NCBI GenBank assembly: GCA_943788175.1
Contig: CALSPG010000007.1
Location: forward strand, 192,001 to 256,000
Reading direction: 5' to 3'
Source: an uncultured bacterium
Lineage (GTDB): Bacteria; Fidelibacterota; Marinisomatia; Marinisomatales; UBA1611
Length of the DNA stretch: 64,000 nucleotides
Below are positions 48,543-56,955 of the stretch, in pieces. The notes under the pieces were generated by a model that saw only the letters and a list, made by a program, of their open reading frames with translations, did no database searches and was not told where the DNA came from. The number at the start of each line of letters is the position of its first letter. Positions within the stretch are counted from its first letter, which is position 1. A program made the position numbers and the translations under genes.

Positions 48543-49111
48543 CTGATGTTTTTCAAGTTTCCTTTTTCATATTTATATATTTTTGAAGCAGTGTTCATAA
48601 GTGTTCCATCTTCAATGATTAAGTCTATTTCATTTTTAAAAGAATACAGAATTTCATCAACATTAGTTTTAGGTTTTTTCCCATTTCTGTTCACACTTGT
48701 AGTTGTAATGGGGACTTTACAGCAATTTGCTAGTGAAATACAAAAAGGGTGTTTTGAAAATCGTATTCCTAATGTATTGTTTGGTCCTAATATTTTATTT
48801 TCTACTATGTTTTTTTTTACAGGAAAAATAATAGTTGTTTGCGCTTTTAAATATTGTAGTGCGTTTTTTATTTCATTGTCAGGAAGTCTTAACCAATTAG
48901 ATGCTTTTTCTTTACTTTCAATTATTACACTTATAGGACCTTGGCGATTTTTAATTAAGTTTAAATTATTAATCGCTTCCAAGTTTAGTGCATTTACCCC
49001 CAGACCATATATCGTATCAGTTGGGTAAACTAAAATCCCACCATTTAAAATTACTTCTCTTGCGGAATCTAACGCTTTTTCATTTTCCCAATTTAGTATT
49101 TTAGTTTTCAA
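48539..49111 (-). CDS. tsaC: L-threonylcarbamoyladenylate synthase (TsaC/YrdC)
   Basis: YPTDTIYGLG, IKNR, TLGIR, PITTTSVN. Confidence 0.88.
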   Translation of the reverse strand: MKTKILNWENEKALDSAREVILNGGILVYPTDTIYGLGVNALNLEAINNLNLIKNRQGPISVIIESKEKASNWLRLPDNEIKNALQYLKAQTTIIFPVKKNIVENKILGPNNTLGIRFSKHPFCISLANCCKVPITTTSVNRNGKKPKTNVDEILYSFKNEIDLIIEDGTLMNTASKIYKYEKGNLKNIR

Positions 49112-49965
49112 TTAGTCTCTTTTGTTTTCCAGCGTTTGTGGAACCAAAAATATTGTTCTGGATACTTTTTTACTAAGATTTCTAGTGCTGAAGTATAGCT
49201 CTGAGTTATTGTTTTCACAGTATTTTCTTTTGATTCAATAGCTGTAATTTTAATTTTATATTCATTAAAATGTGTCTGTAGACAAACTCCAAATATCATT
49301 GGTGCATTTGTCCTTTGATGAAATAAAGCTGCGCCCTTATGCGTTGAAGCTGGTTCATTAAAAAAATTAACAAATACTCCTTTTCGCTTTGCGTCTTGGT
49401 CACTAACTAATCCAAGAATCTCTTTTTGATGTAAAACATCATAAAGTATTTCAATATTTGTTTTTCTATAAACTTGTGAAATTCCGCTTAATTTACGTTT
49501 TTCTTCAAAAAATTTATTTGCTCCTCTATTCTTTTGTTTTTGAGCGACTCCTCTAAGTGGATAATCATTTACCCCAAACCAATGCCCTAAAATTTCCCAA
49601 ACACCAAAGTGTGCAGAAATTAATATTACACCCTTATCATTTTTTAAGGCATCATTTAAAATTTTTCTTCCATCAACTTTTATTTTAAGATAATCCTGTT
49701 TTGGAGGGAAAGCCATAAATTGTATAAAATTATATGTAAAAAACTGGTAGCAATTTTTAAGGATTTGATCAACTTCAGCAGAAGATCTACTTGGAAAAGC
49801 TATTCGAATATTATTTAAAGCAGTGTCCTTGCGTTTAGGTATATAATTATAAAGTATACTAGCAATGTTTTGGCTTATTATATAACGGCTTTTGCTAGAT
49901 AACGATTTTAATATATTACCAAAAGATTTTAATATATAATATGTTAGTTTATAATAAAGACTCAA
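49108..49965 (-). CDS. Lipid A secondary acyltransferase (LpxL/HtrB family)
   Basis: SAHFGVWE, SDQD, VNFFN, PEQYFWFHKRWK. Confidence 0.88.
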   Translation of the reverse strand: MSLYYKLTYYILKSFGNILKSLSSKSRYIISQNIASILYNYIPKRKDTALNNIRIAFPSRSSAEVDQILKNCYQFFTYNFIQFMAFPPKQDYLKIKVDGRKILNDALKNDKGVILISAHFGVWEILGHWFGVNDYPLRGVAQKQKNRGANKFFEEKRKLSGISQVYRKTNIEILYDVLHQKEILGLVSDQDAKRKGVFVNFFNEPASTHKGAALFHQRTNAPMIFGVCLQTHFNEYKIKITAIESKENTVKTITQSYTSALEILVKKYPEQYFWFHKRWKTKETN

Positions 49966-50041
49966 AAACTCCCCTTTATATAATTTTTTTTAAATGAATA
50001 GTGTTAGACTAGTTGTATGATTCACAGTCAAATTTAGCCAT

Positions 50042-51448
50042 ATGAAACAAATTTTTATTTATTTTTGCATTTTTTTTAACATTTCTCATGCTAATAAAGT
50101 ATATCATATTCCAATATCTGGGACCATTGATTTAGGATTACCTCCTTTTATACAACGTTCAATTGAAGAAGCAGAGAATGATAGTGCCTCAGCAATTGTG
50201 TTTGAAATTAATACGTTTGGAGGAAGGGTCGATGCCGCTACTCAAATTAAGGATGCAATACTTGATTCAAAAGTTCCAACTATTGCCTTTATTAATAAGA
50301 GAGCAATTTCTGCAGGTGCACTTATATCTTTATCTTGTGAGAGAATTTATATGACCGGTGGCGCAACTATTGGGGCCACAACTGCAGTGGATATGCAAGG
50401 AAATAAAGCAAGTGAAAAAGTTATAAGCTATATGCGAGAAGAAATGGCTTCCACCGCTGAGAAGAGGGGAAGAAATATAATAATAGCAAGAGGTATGGTT
50501 GACGAAGAACTAGAGTTTCCAAGTAAAGTGGTAAATGAATTTGTGAAGAGTGATAATGAAATTGATACGATTAAAACAAAAATTTATTATCTCTTGTTTA
50601 ATAGCGATACGGTTATTGTAAATGATATAGAAGGAAGGAAGCAGGGTAATTTAATTACTTTAACAACAGAGCAATCTCTTAAGTACAATATAGCAGATGC
50701 TTCTGCTGATAATTTTGATGCTGTTTTGGACTCCTTAGGTCTTTCAACTTTAAGTGTCAAAAAAACTAAAGAAAATTGGTCTGAAAGTTTTGTTAGATTC
50801 TTAACAAACCCAGTTGTGGCTTCACTACTTACAACATTTGGGTTTTTAGGTATTTTATTTGAACTACAAAGCCCAGGATGGGGTATCCCGGGTTCGATAG
50901 GATTAATATGTCTAATTCTTTCATTAAGCGCTTCATATATTGCAGAGTTGGCAACGATGAATGATTTATTAGTAATTTTATTGGGGATTTTATTTTTGTT
51001 GGTAGAAGCATTTATCTTACCAGGATTTGGAATTGCAGGGGTAGCAGGGATAGGATTTATACTGTGGGGTCTTTATTTACTTTTACTGCCCGATATACCA
51101 GTAGGAGAGGATATTTTGAACCAAGCTTCTAACGGTTTAATAATAGGCATTCTTGGAGCTATAGTTGGGTTATTCTTACTGTTTAGGGCGATGACTAAAA
51201 CAAAATTTTGGAGAGACTTAACTTCACCAGGGATTCAAAAAAAAGAAGAAGGTTATGCAACTAGTTTCGGATGGGAAAAATTTATTGGGCAAGAAGCCAG
51301 GACTGAAACAGACCTACATCCATCGGGTTGGGTAGTTGTAAAAGATGAGCGATTTTTTGCTCTAAGTGAGGGTAATTTTATTAACAAAAATGAAACTGTT
51401 ATTATATTATCTGTAGATGGTAACAGGATAGTTGTTCGTAAAAAATAG
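50042..51448 (+). CDS. nfeD: NfeD-family membrane protein (ClpP-like periplasmic domain, TMs, C-terminal OB domain)
   Basis: INTFGGRVDAA, AISAGALISL, EKVISYMR, ELQSPGWG, TDLHPSG. Confidence 0.88.
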   Translation: MKQIFIYFCIFFNISHANKVYHIPISGTIDLGLPPFIQRSIEEAENDSASAIVFEINTFGGRVDAATQIKDAILDSKVPTIAFINKRAISAGALISLSCERIYMTGGATIGATTAVDMQGNKASEKVISYMREEMASTAEKRGRNIIIARGMVDEELEFPSKVVNEFVKSDNEIDTIKTKIYYLLFNSDTVIVNDIEGRKQGNLITLTTEQSLKYNIADASADNFDAVLDSLGLSTLSVKKTKENWSESFVRFLTNPVVASLLTTFGFLGILFELQSPGWGIPGSIGLICLILSLSASYIAELATMNDLLVILLGILFLLVEAFILPGFGIAGVAGIGFILWGLYLLLLPDIPVGEDILNQASNGLIIGILGAIVGLFLLFRAMTKTKFWRDLTSPGIQKKEEGYATSFGWEKFIGQEARTETDLHPSGWVVVKDERFFALSEGNFINKNETVIILSVDGNRIVVRKK

Positions 51449-51478
51449 AGATTTAATAATTTTTAAAAGGAGTCAAAT

Positions 51479-52498
51479 ATGCCAGTAGTTCAAGGGACAT
51501 TTTTAATTGTAATTGTATTATTTTTTGTCCTTTTCTTTTATTTTGTCCCGCTTGGGATGTGGGTGCAGGCGGTTGTGTCACTAGGCCTGGGTAGAATTAG
51601 AATCGTAGATTTAATTAGAATGCGACTTAGAAAAATATCACCTAGGCTAGTTGTTGATGGTGTAATTAACACTCACAAAGCTGGTTTAGACCACATCTCC
51701 ACTGATATGCTTGAAACTCATTATCTTGCGGGGGGGAATGTAGAAAATATTGTTTCTGCTATGATAGCATCAGATAAAGCAAATATACAGTTATCATTTG
51801 AAATTGCAACAGCTATTGATCTTGCGGGTAGAGATGTGAAAGCTGCTGTTGAAACGAGTGTCTACCCTAAAGTAATTAATGCCCCTGTCGATGGGTATTT
51901 AAGCGCAGTTGCAAAAGATGGAATAGAGCTGAAAGCAAGGGCCAGAGTAACTGTTCGAACGAATATACCTGGTCTTGTTGGTGGTGCTACTGATGACACA
52001 ATTATTGCTAGAGTAGGAGAAGGTATAGTTAGTGCTATTGGATCAGCGACTACATATTCAGATGTATTAGAGAATCCAGACAGCATATCTAAATCAGTAC
52101 TTAATAAGGGGTTGGATTCAGGTACCGCATTTGAAATATTATCTATTGATATTGCGGACTTAGATGTTGGTAAAAATATTGGCGCTTCACTTCAAGCAGA
52201 TCAAGCAGAAGCCGATTTACGTGTTGCACAAGCAAAAGCAGAAACGCGACGTGCAATGGCAGTTGCAGAAGAACAAGAGATGCAAGCAAAAGTACAAGAA
52301 ATGAAGGCAAAAGTAGTAGCGGCGGAAGCAGAAGTTCCGAAAGCAATGTCTCAAGCATTTCGAGATGGGAACATAGGCGTTCTTGATTATTATAATATGA
52401 ATAATATTAAAGCCGATACTGGAATGAGAGATTCAATTGCTGATTCTTCGATTCACCCTAAAGACTCAAGAGATGATGTTGACTCTGAAGACAGATAG
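51479..52498 (+). CDS. floA: Flotillin-like protein FloA (YqfA/UPF0365)
   Basis: [74 protein letters not shown]. Confidence 0.92.
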   Translation: MPVVQGTFLIVIVLFFVLFFYFVPLGMWVQAVVSLGLGRIRIVDLIRMRLRKISPRLVVDGVINTHKAGLDHISTDMLETHYLAGGNVENIVSAMIASDKANIQLSFEIATAIDLAGRDVKAAVETSVYPKVINAPVDGYLSAVAKDGIELKARARVTVRTNIPGLVGGATDDTIIARVGEGIVSAIGSATTYSDVLENPDSISKSVLNKGLDSGTAFEILSIDIADLDVGKNIGASLQADQAEADLRVAQAKAETRRAMAVAEEQEMQAKVQEMKAKVVAAEAEVPKAMSQAFRDGNIGVLDYYNMNNIKADTGMRDSIADSSIHPKDSRDDVDSEDR

Positions 52499-52525
52499 CT
52501 TTTCTTAGGATAGTGAGAAAATAGC

Positions 52526-52978
52526 ATGAGTAATTGGCTATTTTTAATGCTTTTGTATGCTTTTTTTGGGTGGTTCAAAAAAAAGCATAGAGATAAATCT
52601 GTAGAAAAATTAGAAGGCAATGACAGCCAAAAATCAAATAGTATTGTAGATTTTGGAGAGGGTATTTTAAATGCATTAATTGGTGATGAGAAACCAGCAC
52701 CAGAGTATAGTTCAATATCGAATCAAATTAAACCTGAAGAATATGACCAGCCATCCGAAGATTATTCTGACAATGAAGAGCAATCGAAAGAAGAAGATGT
52801 AAAAATTTCTACTGAACAACTACAAACTAAAAAGAATATTTGGTCGTCAACGATTAGAGTAAAAAAGTCACGTAGAAATAATGGGAATATATTAGCAGGC
52901 CTAATCGATTTAAATGATCCAGTAAAGACGGGAGTTATTTTCAAAGAAATCTTTGACAAGCCAAAGGCATTAAGGTGA
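52526..52978 (+). CDS. Hypothetical membrane-anchored protein (YqfB-like third gene of nfeD-floA operons)
   Basis: N-terminal TM, acidic linker, C-terminal GVIFKEIFDKPKALR. Confidence 0.55.
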   Translation: MSNWLFLMLLYAFFGWFKKKHRDKSVEKLEGNDSQKSNSIVDFGEGILNALIGDEKPAPEYSSISNQIKPEEYDQPSEDYSDNEEQSKEEDVKISTEQLQTKKNIWSSTIRVKKSRRNNGNILAGLIDLNDPVKTGVIFKEIFDKPKALR

Positions 52979-52992
52979 GATAGAAGATAGAA

Positions 52993-53586
52993 CTATAATA
53001 AAGTATCAAATACTTTTTTTGCTTCTTTTTCTAAACTTTCCAAATCAGAATTATTTTGGATGATATAATCGGCCATATTTACCTTGTCTTCTTCCGGCCA
53101 CTGCAAGGAAACGCGCTTTAAAAAGTCTTCTCTAGTAATGTTATTTATTGACATTACTCTTTCTGTGCGGTGACTAATTAAAGAAGATACTACTATAACG
53201 TAATCCATGTGTGTATCAGCTCCAGACTCATATATCAGAGCAGCATCAACAACAAAACAATTATGATTGTTTTCTATTTTAATTTTTTCAAAAGAATTAT
53301 TAATTTTTTTAAAAACGTAAGGGTGAATTATGGCATTTAAAGTTTGTTGGTGAAACTCATCTTGGAAAGCAATCCTGGCTAGCTTTTGTCTGTTTATAGT
53401 TTGATTCGGGTCAATTACATCACTTCCAAATTCTTTGATTATTTCTTTTTGAGCTTCGAGGTTGTTATTTATAATATTCTTGGATTCTTTATCGGCATCA
53501 AAAATATATGCACCCCAAGACTGTAAGAAATTACTTACTTCACTTTTTCCTGAGCCAATGCCACCTGTTAAACCAATTTTCAACAT
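52993..53586 (-). CDS. coaE: Dephospho-CoA kinase
   Basis: IGLTGGIGSGKS, DAD, LNAIIHP, DAALIYE, ADYIIQN. Confidence 0.95.
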   Translation of the reverse strand: MLKIGLTGGIGSGKSEVSNFLQSWGAYIFDADKESKNIINNNLEAQKEIIKEFGSDVIDPNQTINRQKLARIAFQDEFHQQTLNAIIHPYVFKKINNSFEKIKIENNHNCFVVDAALIYESGADTHMDYVIVVSSLISHRTERVMSINNITREDFLKRVSLQWPEEDKVNMADYIIQNNSDLESLEKEAKKVFDTLL

Positions 53587-53587
53587 T

Positions 53588-54154
53588 TCATTTTATTACT
53601 TCAATTATTCTCTTGGTTATGTCTTCGATAGTTCCAAGTCCATTTACTTCTTTTAAAATTTTATTTTCACGATAATATTTTATTATCGGAGCAGTTTGTT
53701 TCCAATAAACATCTTGGCGTTTCGAAATTATTTCGATGGCATCATCGCTTCGGCCAGAATCCTTACTGCGTTTAATCAATCTCTTGATTAGTTCTTTTTT
53801 TTCAGCCGTTAAACTAATTGCTACATCAATGGATTGATTTAATCTTGATAATAATAAATGTAAATCTTTTACCTGTTGTACATTTCTAGGATATCCATCT
53901 AAAATATATCCATCCTGACAAACAGAACTTTTAAGATAGTTTTCAATTATTTCGATTAAAATATTATCAGGGACAAATAAACCATTATCAATGTACTCCT
54001 TGGATACTTTACCGATATCAGAATTCAAAGCGATTTCTTTTCTAAGTATTTCACCAGTTGAAAGATGAGGGACTTTTAAATGACTTTTTAAAATTGTTGC
54101 TTGAGTTCCTTTTCCAACACCTGGTGGGCCCATAAATATTATCTTAAAAGACAT
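53588..54154 (-). CDS. adk: Adenylate kinase, short-LID form
   Basis: GPPGVGKGTQ, HLSTGEILR, LDGYPRN, GRSDD; start at ATG 54154 (track start overlaps nupC). Confidence 0.93.
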   Translation of the reverse strand: MSFKIIFMGPPGVGKGTQATILKSHLKVPHLSTGEILRKEIALNSDIGKVSKEYIDNGLFVPDNILIEIIENYLKSSVCQDGYILDGYPRNVQQVKDLHLLLSRLNQSIDVAISLTAEKKELIKRLIKRSKDSGRSDDAIEIISKRQDVYWKQTAPIIKYYRENKILKEVNGLGTIEDITKRIIEVIK

Positions 54155-54156
54155 TG

Positions 54157-55377
54157 CTATATTATTATTCCTACAATAGAAGCCGTAAGCCAAGAAGCAA
54201 TGGCGCCACCAAGCATAGCTTTAATTACTAATTTTGATAAATCATTCTTGCGGTCTGGTGCCATTGATCCAATTCCGCCTAATTGGATACCAATAGATCC
54301 AAAATTTGCAAAGCCACAAAGAGCATAGCTAGCAATAATAGTTGATCTTTCTGAAAGAGTATTTTTATTAACATAATCACTTAGGTCTCCAAATGCAATA
54401 AGTTCTGTAAGTACTATTTTTTCGCCCATAAGTGTACCTACAATGCCAGCATCTTTCCAAGGTACACCCATTGTCCAAGCAAGAGGCTTGAATAATAATC
54501 CTAGTATATCTTGCATAGAAGTTCCTAATAAACCTAAAATAAAATTAATCATTGCAACCATTGAAATAAAAGCAATTAACATGGCTGCTACATTAGCTGC
54601 AAGTTTCATTCCATCTGTCGCTCCTCTTCCAATTGAATCCATTAAATTATTATCTGACGAATCTAAAATGATTTCAGTTGAATCGATGGTTGTAGGAGAT
54701 TCTGTTTCGGGGTAAATGATTTTTGCGACCATGAGTGCTGCCGGTGCTGACATGACCGAAGCAGCTAATAAATGACCGGCAATATTTGGGATATTACTTA
54801 GCCATGTAACATATAGAGCCATTACGCTTCCAGCAGCTGTTGCAAATCCTCCGACCATAACAGCCATTAATTCTGATTTTGTCATTGTTGATATGTAAGG
54901 TCTAATTAAAATTGGAGCCTCAGTTTGACCAACGAATATATTTGCAGAGATACTTAATGTTTCTGCTCCACTAGTTTTCATTGTTTTCTCCATGACAAAT
55001 GCGATTTTTTTAATAACAAATTGAATTATTCCAAGGTGATAACTAACAGCTATCAGACTTGAAAAAAATATAATAACAGGCAACGCACGAAAGGCAAAGT
55101 TAATCAAAGCTTGATCATAGCCGACGCCAGGAATGAATGAAGTAAATAAAAAATCACTTCCGGCATCAGCGAAGCTGATTATTTTCACTATGAAAATATT
55201 AAAATAAAAAAATAATGCCTTTCCAAAAGAGGTTTTTAATATAATAACTGCAAAAGAAAATTGTAGACCTAAACCCCAGAATATTATATTTTTATTTACT
55301 AACGATTTATTATTGGAGAGCATGTAAGAAATTCCTAGTAAAACTAAAACTCCTAAAATTCCGATATATTCTTGCAT
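54157..55377 (-). CDS. nupC: Concentrative nucleoside transporter (NupC/CNT family)
   Basis: LPVIIFFS, ANIFVGQTEAP, GGFATAAGS, MSAPAAL, ALCGFANFGSIGIQLGG. Confidence 0.93.
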   Translation of the reverse strand: MQEYIGILGVLVLLGISYMLSNNKSLVNKNIIFWGLGLQFSFAVIILKTSFGKALFFYFNIFIVKIISFADAGSDFLFTSFIPGVGYDQALINFAFRALPVIIFFSSLIAVSYHLGIIQFVIKKIAFVMEKTMKTSGAETLSISANIFVGQTEAPILIRPYISTMTKSELMAVMVGGFATAAGSVMALYVTWLSNIPNIAGHLLAASVMSAPAALMVAKIIYPETESPTTIDSTEIILDSSDNNLMDSIGRGATDGMKLAANVAAMLIAFISMVAMINFILGLLGTSMQDILGLLFKPLAWTMGVPWKDAGIVGTLMGEKIVLTELIAFGDLSDYVNKNTLSERSTIIASYALCGFANFGSIGIQLGGIGSMAPDRKNDLSKLVIKAMLGGAIASWLTASIVGIII

Positions 55378-55940
55378 TACTTATTTTTTTGTAAATTAAA
55401 ACAATTTCTGCAACGTGCTTCGTAAGCATCCGCTTCGCCTATTAAAATCTGCTCAGTTTGGGTTGCAATCCTTTGAGTATATGAGGCATCTTTTCCGCAT
55501 TTCATACATATTGCTGATAATTTATCTAGATAATCAGCTTCGCACATAATTAATGGCATTGGACCAAAGGGTAATCCTTTGTAGTCCTTGTCCAAGCCTG
55601 CGATAATGACTCTAGTCTTATTTTTTGCAAGATTTTTACAAATATTAACTAAGTCATCATCAAAAAATTGTGCTTCGTCAATACCTACAACGTCATATTG
55701 ATTAGCTAAATCAAACAATTCACTTGAATATGCTAGAGGAATTGAATTTATAGTATTCTTATCATGACTTACAATTTTATCTTTACTGTAACGGTTATCA
55801 ACTTTTGCTTTAAATGCTTTTACCCTTAGGTTTGCTATCTCAGCTCGTCTTAGCCTTTTTAAAAGCTCTTCAGTTTTTCCGCAAAACATACTGCCGCAAA
55901 TAACTTCAATCCATCCGTTTTGAATTGGTTTTTGATGCAC
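55377..55940 (-). CDS. tdk: Thymidine kinase
   Basis: GSMFCGKTEEL, IDEAQFF, AGLD, CMKC...YEARCRNC. Confidence 0.95.
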   Translation of the reverse strand: MHQKPIQNGWIEVICGSMFCGKTEELLKRLRRAEIANLRVKAFKAKVDNRYSKDKIVSHDKNTINSIPLAYSSELFDLANQYDVVGIDEAQFFDDDLVNICKNLAKNKTRVIIAGLDKDYKGLPFGPMPLIMCEADYLDKLSAICMKCGKDASYTQRIATQTEQILIGEADAYEARCRNCFNLQKNK

Positions 55941-55941
55941 T

Positions 55942-56565
55942 TTATAGCTTCTTTATTTTAATTGAATCAATTTTTTTAATAATTTTTTCTACGGAGGTAT
56001 TTATTTTTGAGGAACCCGAAATAATAATATCAGCAACGGACTTTAAAGGTTCGACATATCGTATGTGCATTGGCTTCACATTGTTATCATATTGTTTCCG
56101 AATTTCCATAGGTAATCGACCTCTTTTTTTTACATCTCGTTTTAATCGTCTTTTGAATCGAATATTTTCAGGAGTTTCAATGAAAATTTTCAACATCATT
56201 AGATTAGTTAATTCCGAATAAAAAAAAATTAGGGTTCCTTCAAGAAATATCAATTTATTTGGATAAATAATATTGAAAATATTTTCTCGACAATGCTTTT
56301 TATAATTATATTTTGGTGACTTTATTTTATTTCCTTGAAGTAGCATCTCTAGATGTTTTTTTAACATTTTAGTATCAAAAGAGTCTGGGTGATCAAAGTT
56401 TATTTTTTTTCTATTATCAAAAGATAAGCTACTATAATCTTTATAATAAGAGTCTAATTGAATTGTCGAGGCAGCGCTATAATGGTCGATTAATTTCGAG
56501 ACTATAGTCGTTTTGCCAGCAGCTGTACCTCCACATAACCCAATAAGCTGATTTTTCATTATCAT
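55942..56565 (-). CDS. udk: Uridine kinase
   Basis: GGTAAGKTT, LDSYY, NFDHPDSFD, RRLKRD..RGR, VKPMH..YVEP; start could be 56559. Confidence 0.93.
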   Translation of the reverse strand: MIMKNQLIGLCGGTAAGKTTIVSKLIDHYSAASTIQLDSYYKDYSSLSFDNRKKINFDHPDSFDTKMLKKHLEMLLQGNKIKSPKYNYKKHCRENIFNIIYPNKLIFLEGTLIFFYSELTNLMMLKIFIETPENIRFKRRLKRDVKKRGRLPMEIRKQYDNNVKPMHIRYVEPLKSVADIIISGSSKINTSVEKIIKKIDSIKIKKL

Positions 56566-56945
56566 AATTTTGTATTATCAAATGGTAGAGGAAGTAGAGC
56601 CCTAGAAGAGCTTTTACTAATGAATTTTTTTCCATCACAAATATAAATTGGTATGTCTCCACATAAATCCCAAATCACTTGTCTGCATGCTCCGCAAGGC
56701 ATGCCCGCATTCTCAGTTGAAACTGACAATGCTTTAATAGTTCTATAACCTTCAGAATACGCTTTAAATAGCGCTACTCTTTCAGCGCAACATGTTAAGC
56801 TATAACTGCTATTTTCAATATTGCATCCACCGAAAATTTCTCCTGAGTCTGTTAAGACGGCTGCACCAACTTTATATTTAGAATAGGGTGCAAATGCCTT
56901 TGATCTCATTTTAATAGCTTTCAGGATAAGATAATCTTTAGACAT
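56562..56945 (-). CDS. cdd: Cytidine deaminase (homotetrameric type)
   Basis: APYSKYKVGAA, GCNIEN, CAER, PCGACRQV; start at ATG 56945 after AGGA. Confidence 0.95.
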   Translation of the reverse strand: MSKDYLILKAIKMRSKAFAPYSKYKVGAAVLTDSGEIFGGCNIENSSYSLTCCAERVALFKAYSEGYRTIKALSVSTENAGMPCGACRQVIWDLCGDIPIYICDGKKFISKSSSRALLPLPFDNTKL

Positions 56946-56955
56946 TTTTATAATC

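Noticed and set aside
48546-49028. 160-aa antisense ORF within tsaC
   Set aside because: Fully antisense to a conserved gene; Phe/Ile/Ser-rich composition typical of reverse-frame shadows, as for the other short nested ORFs in the track
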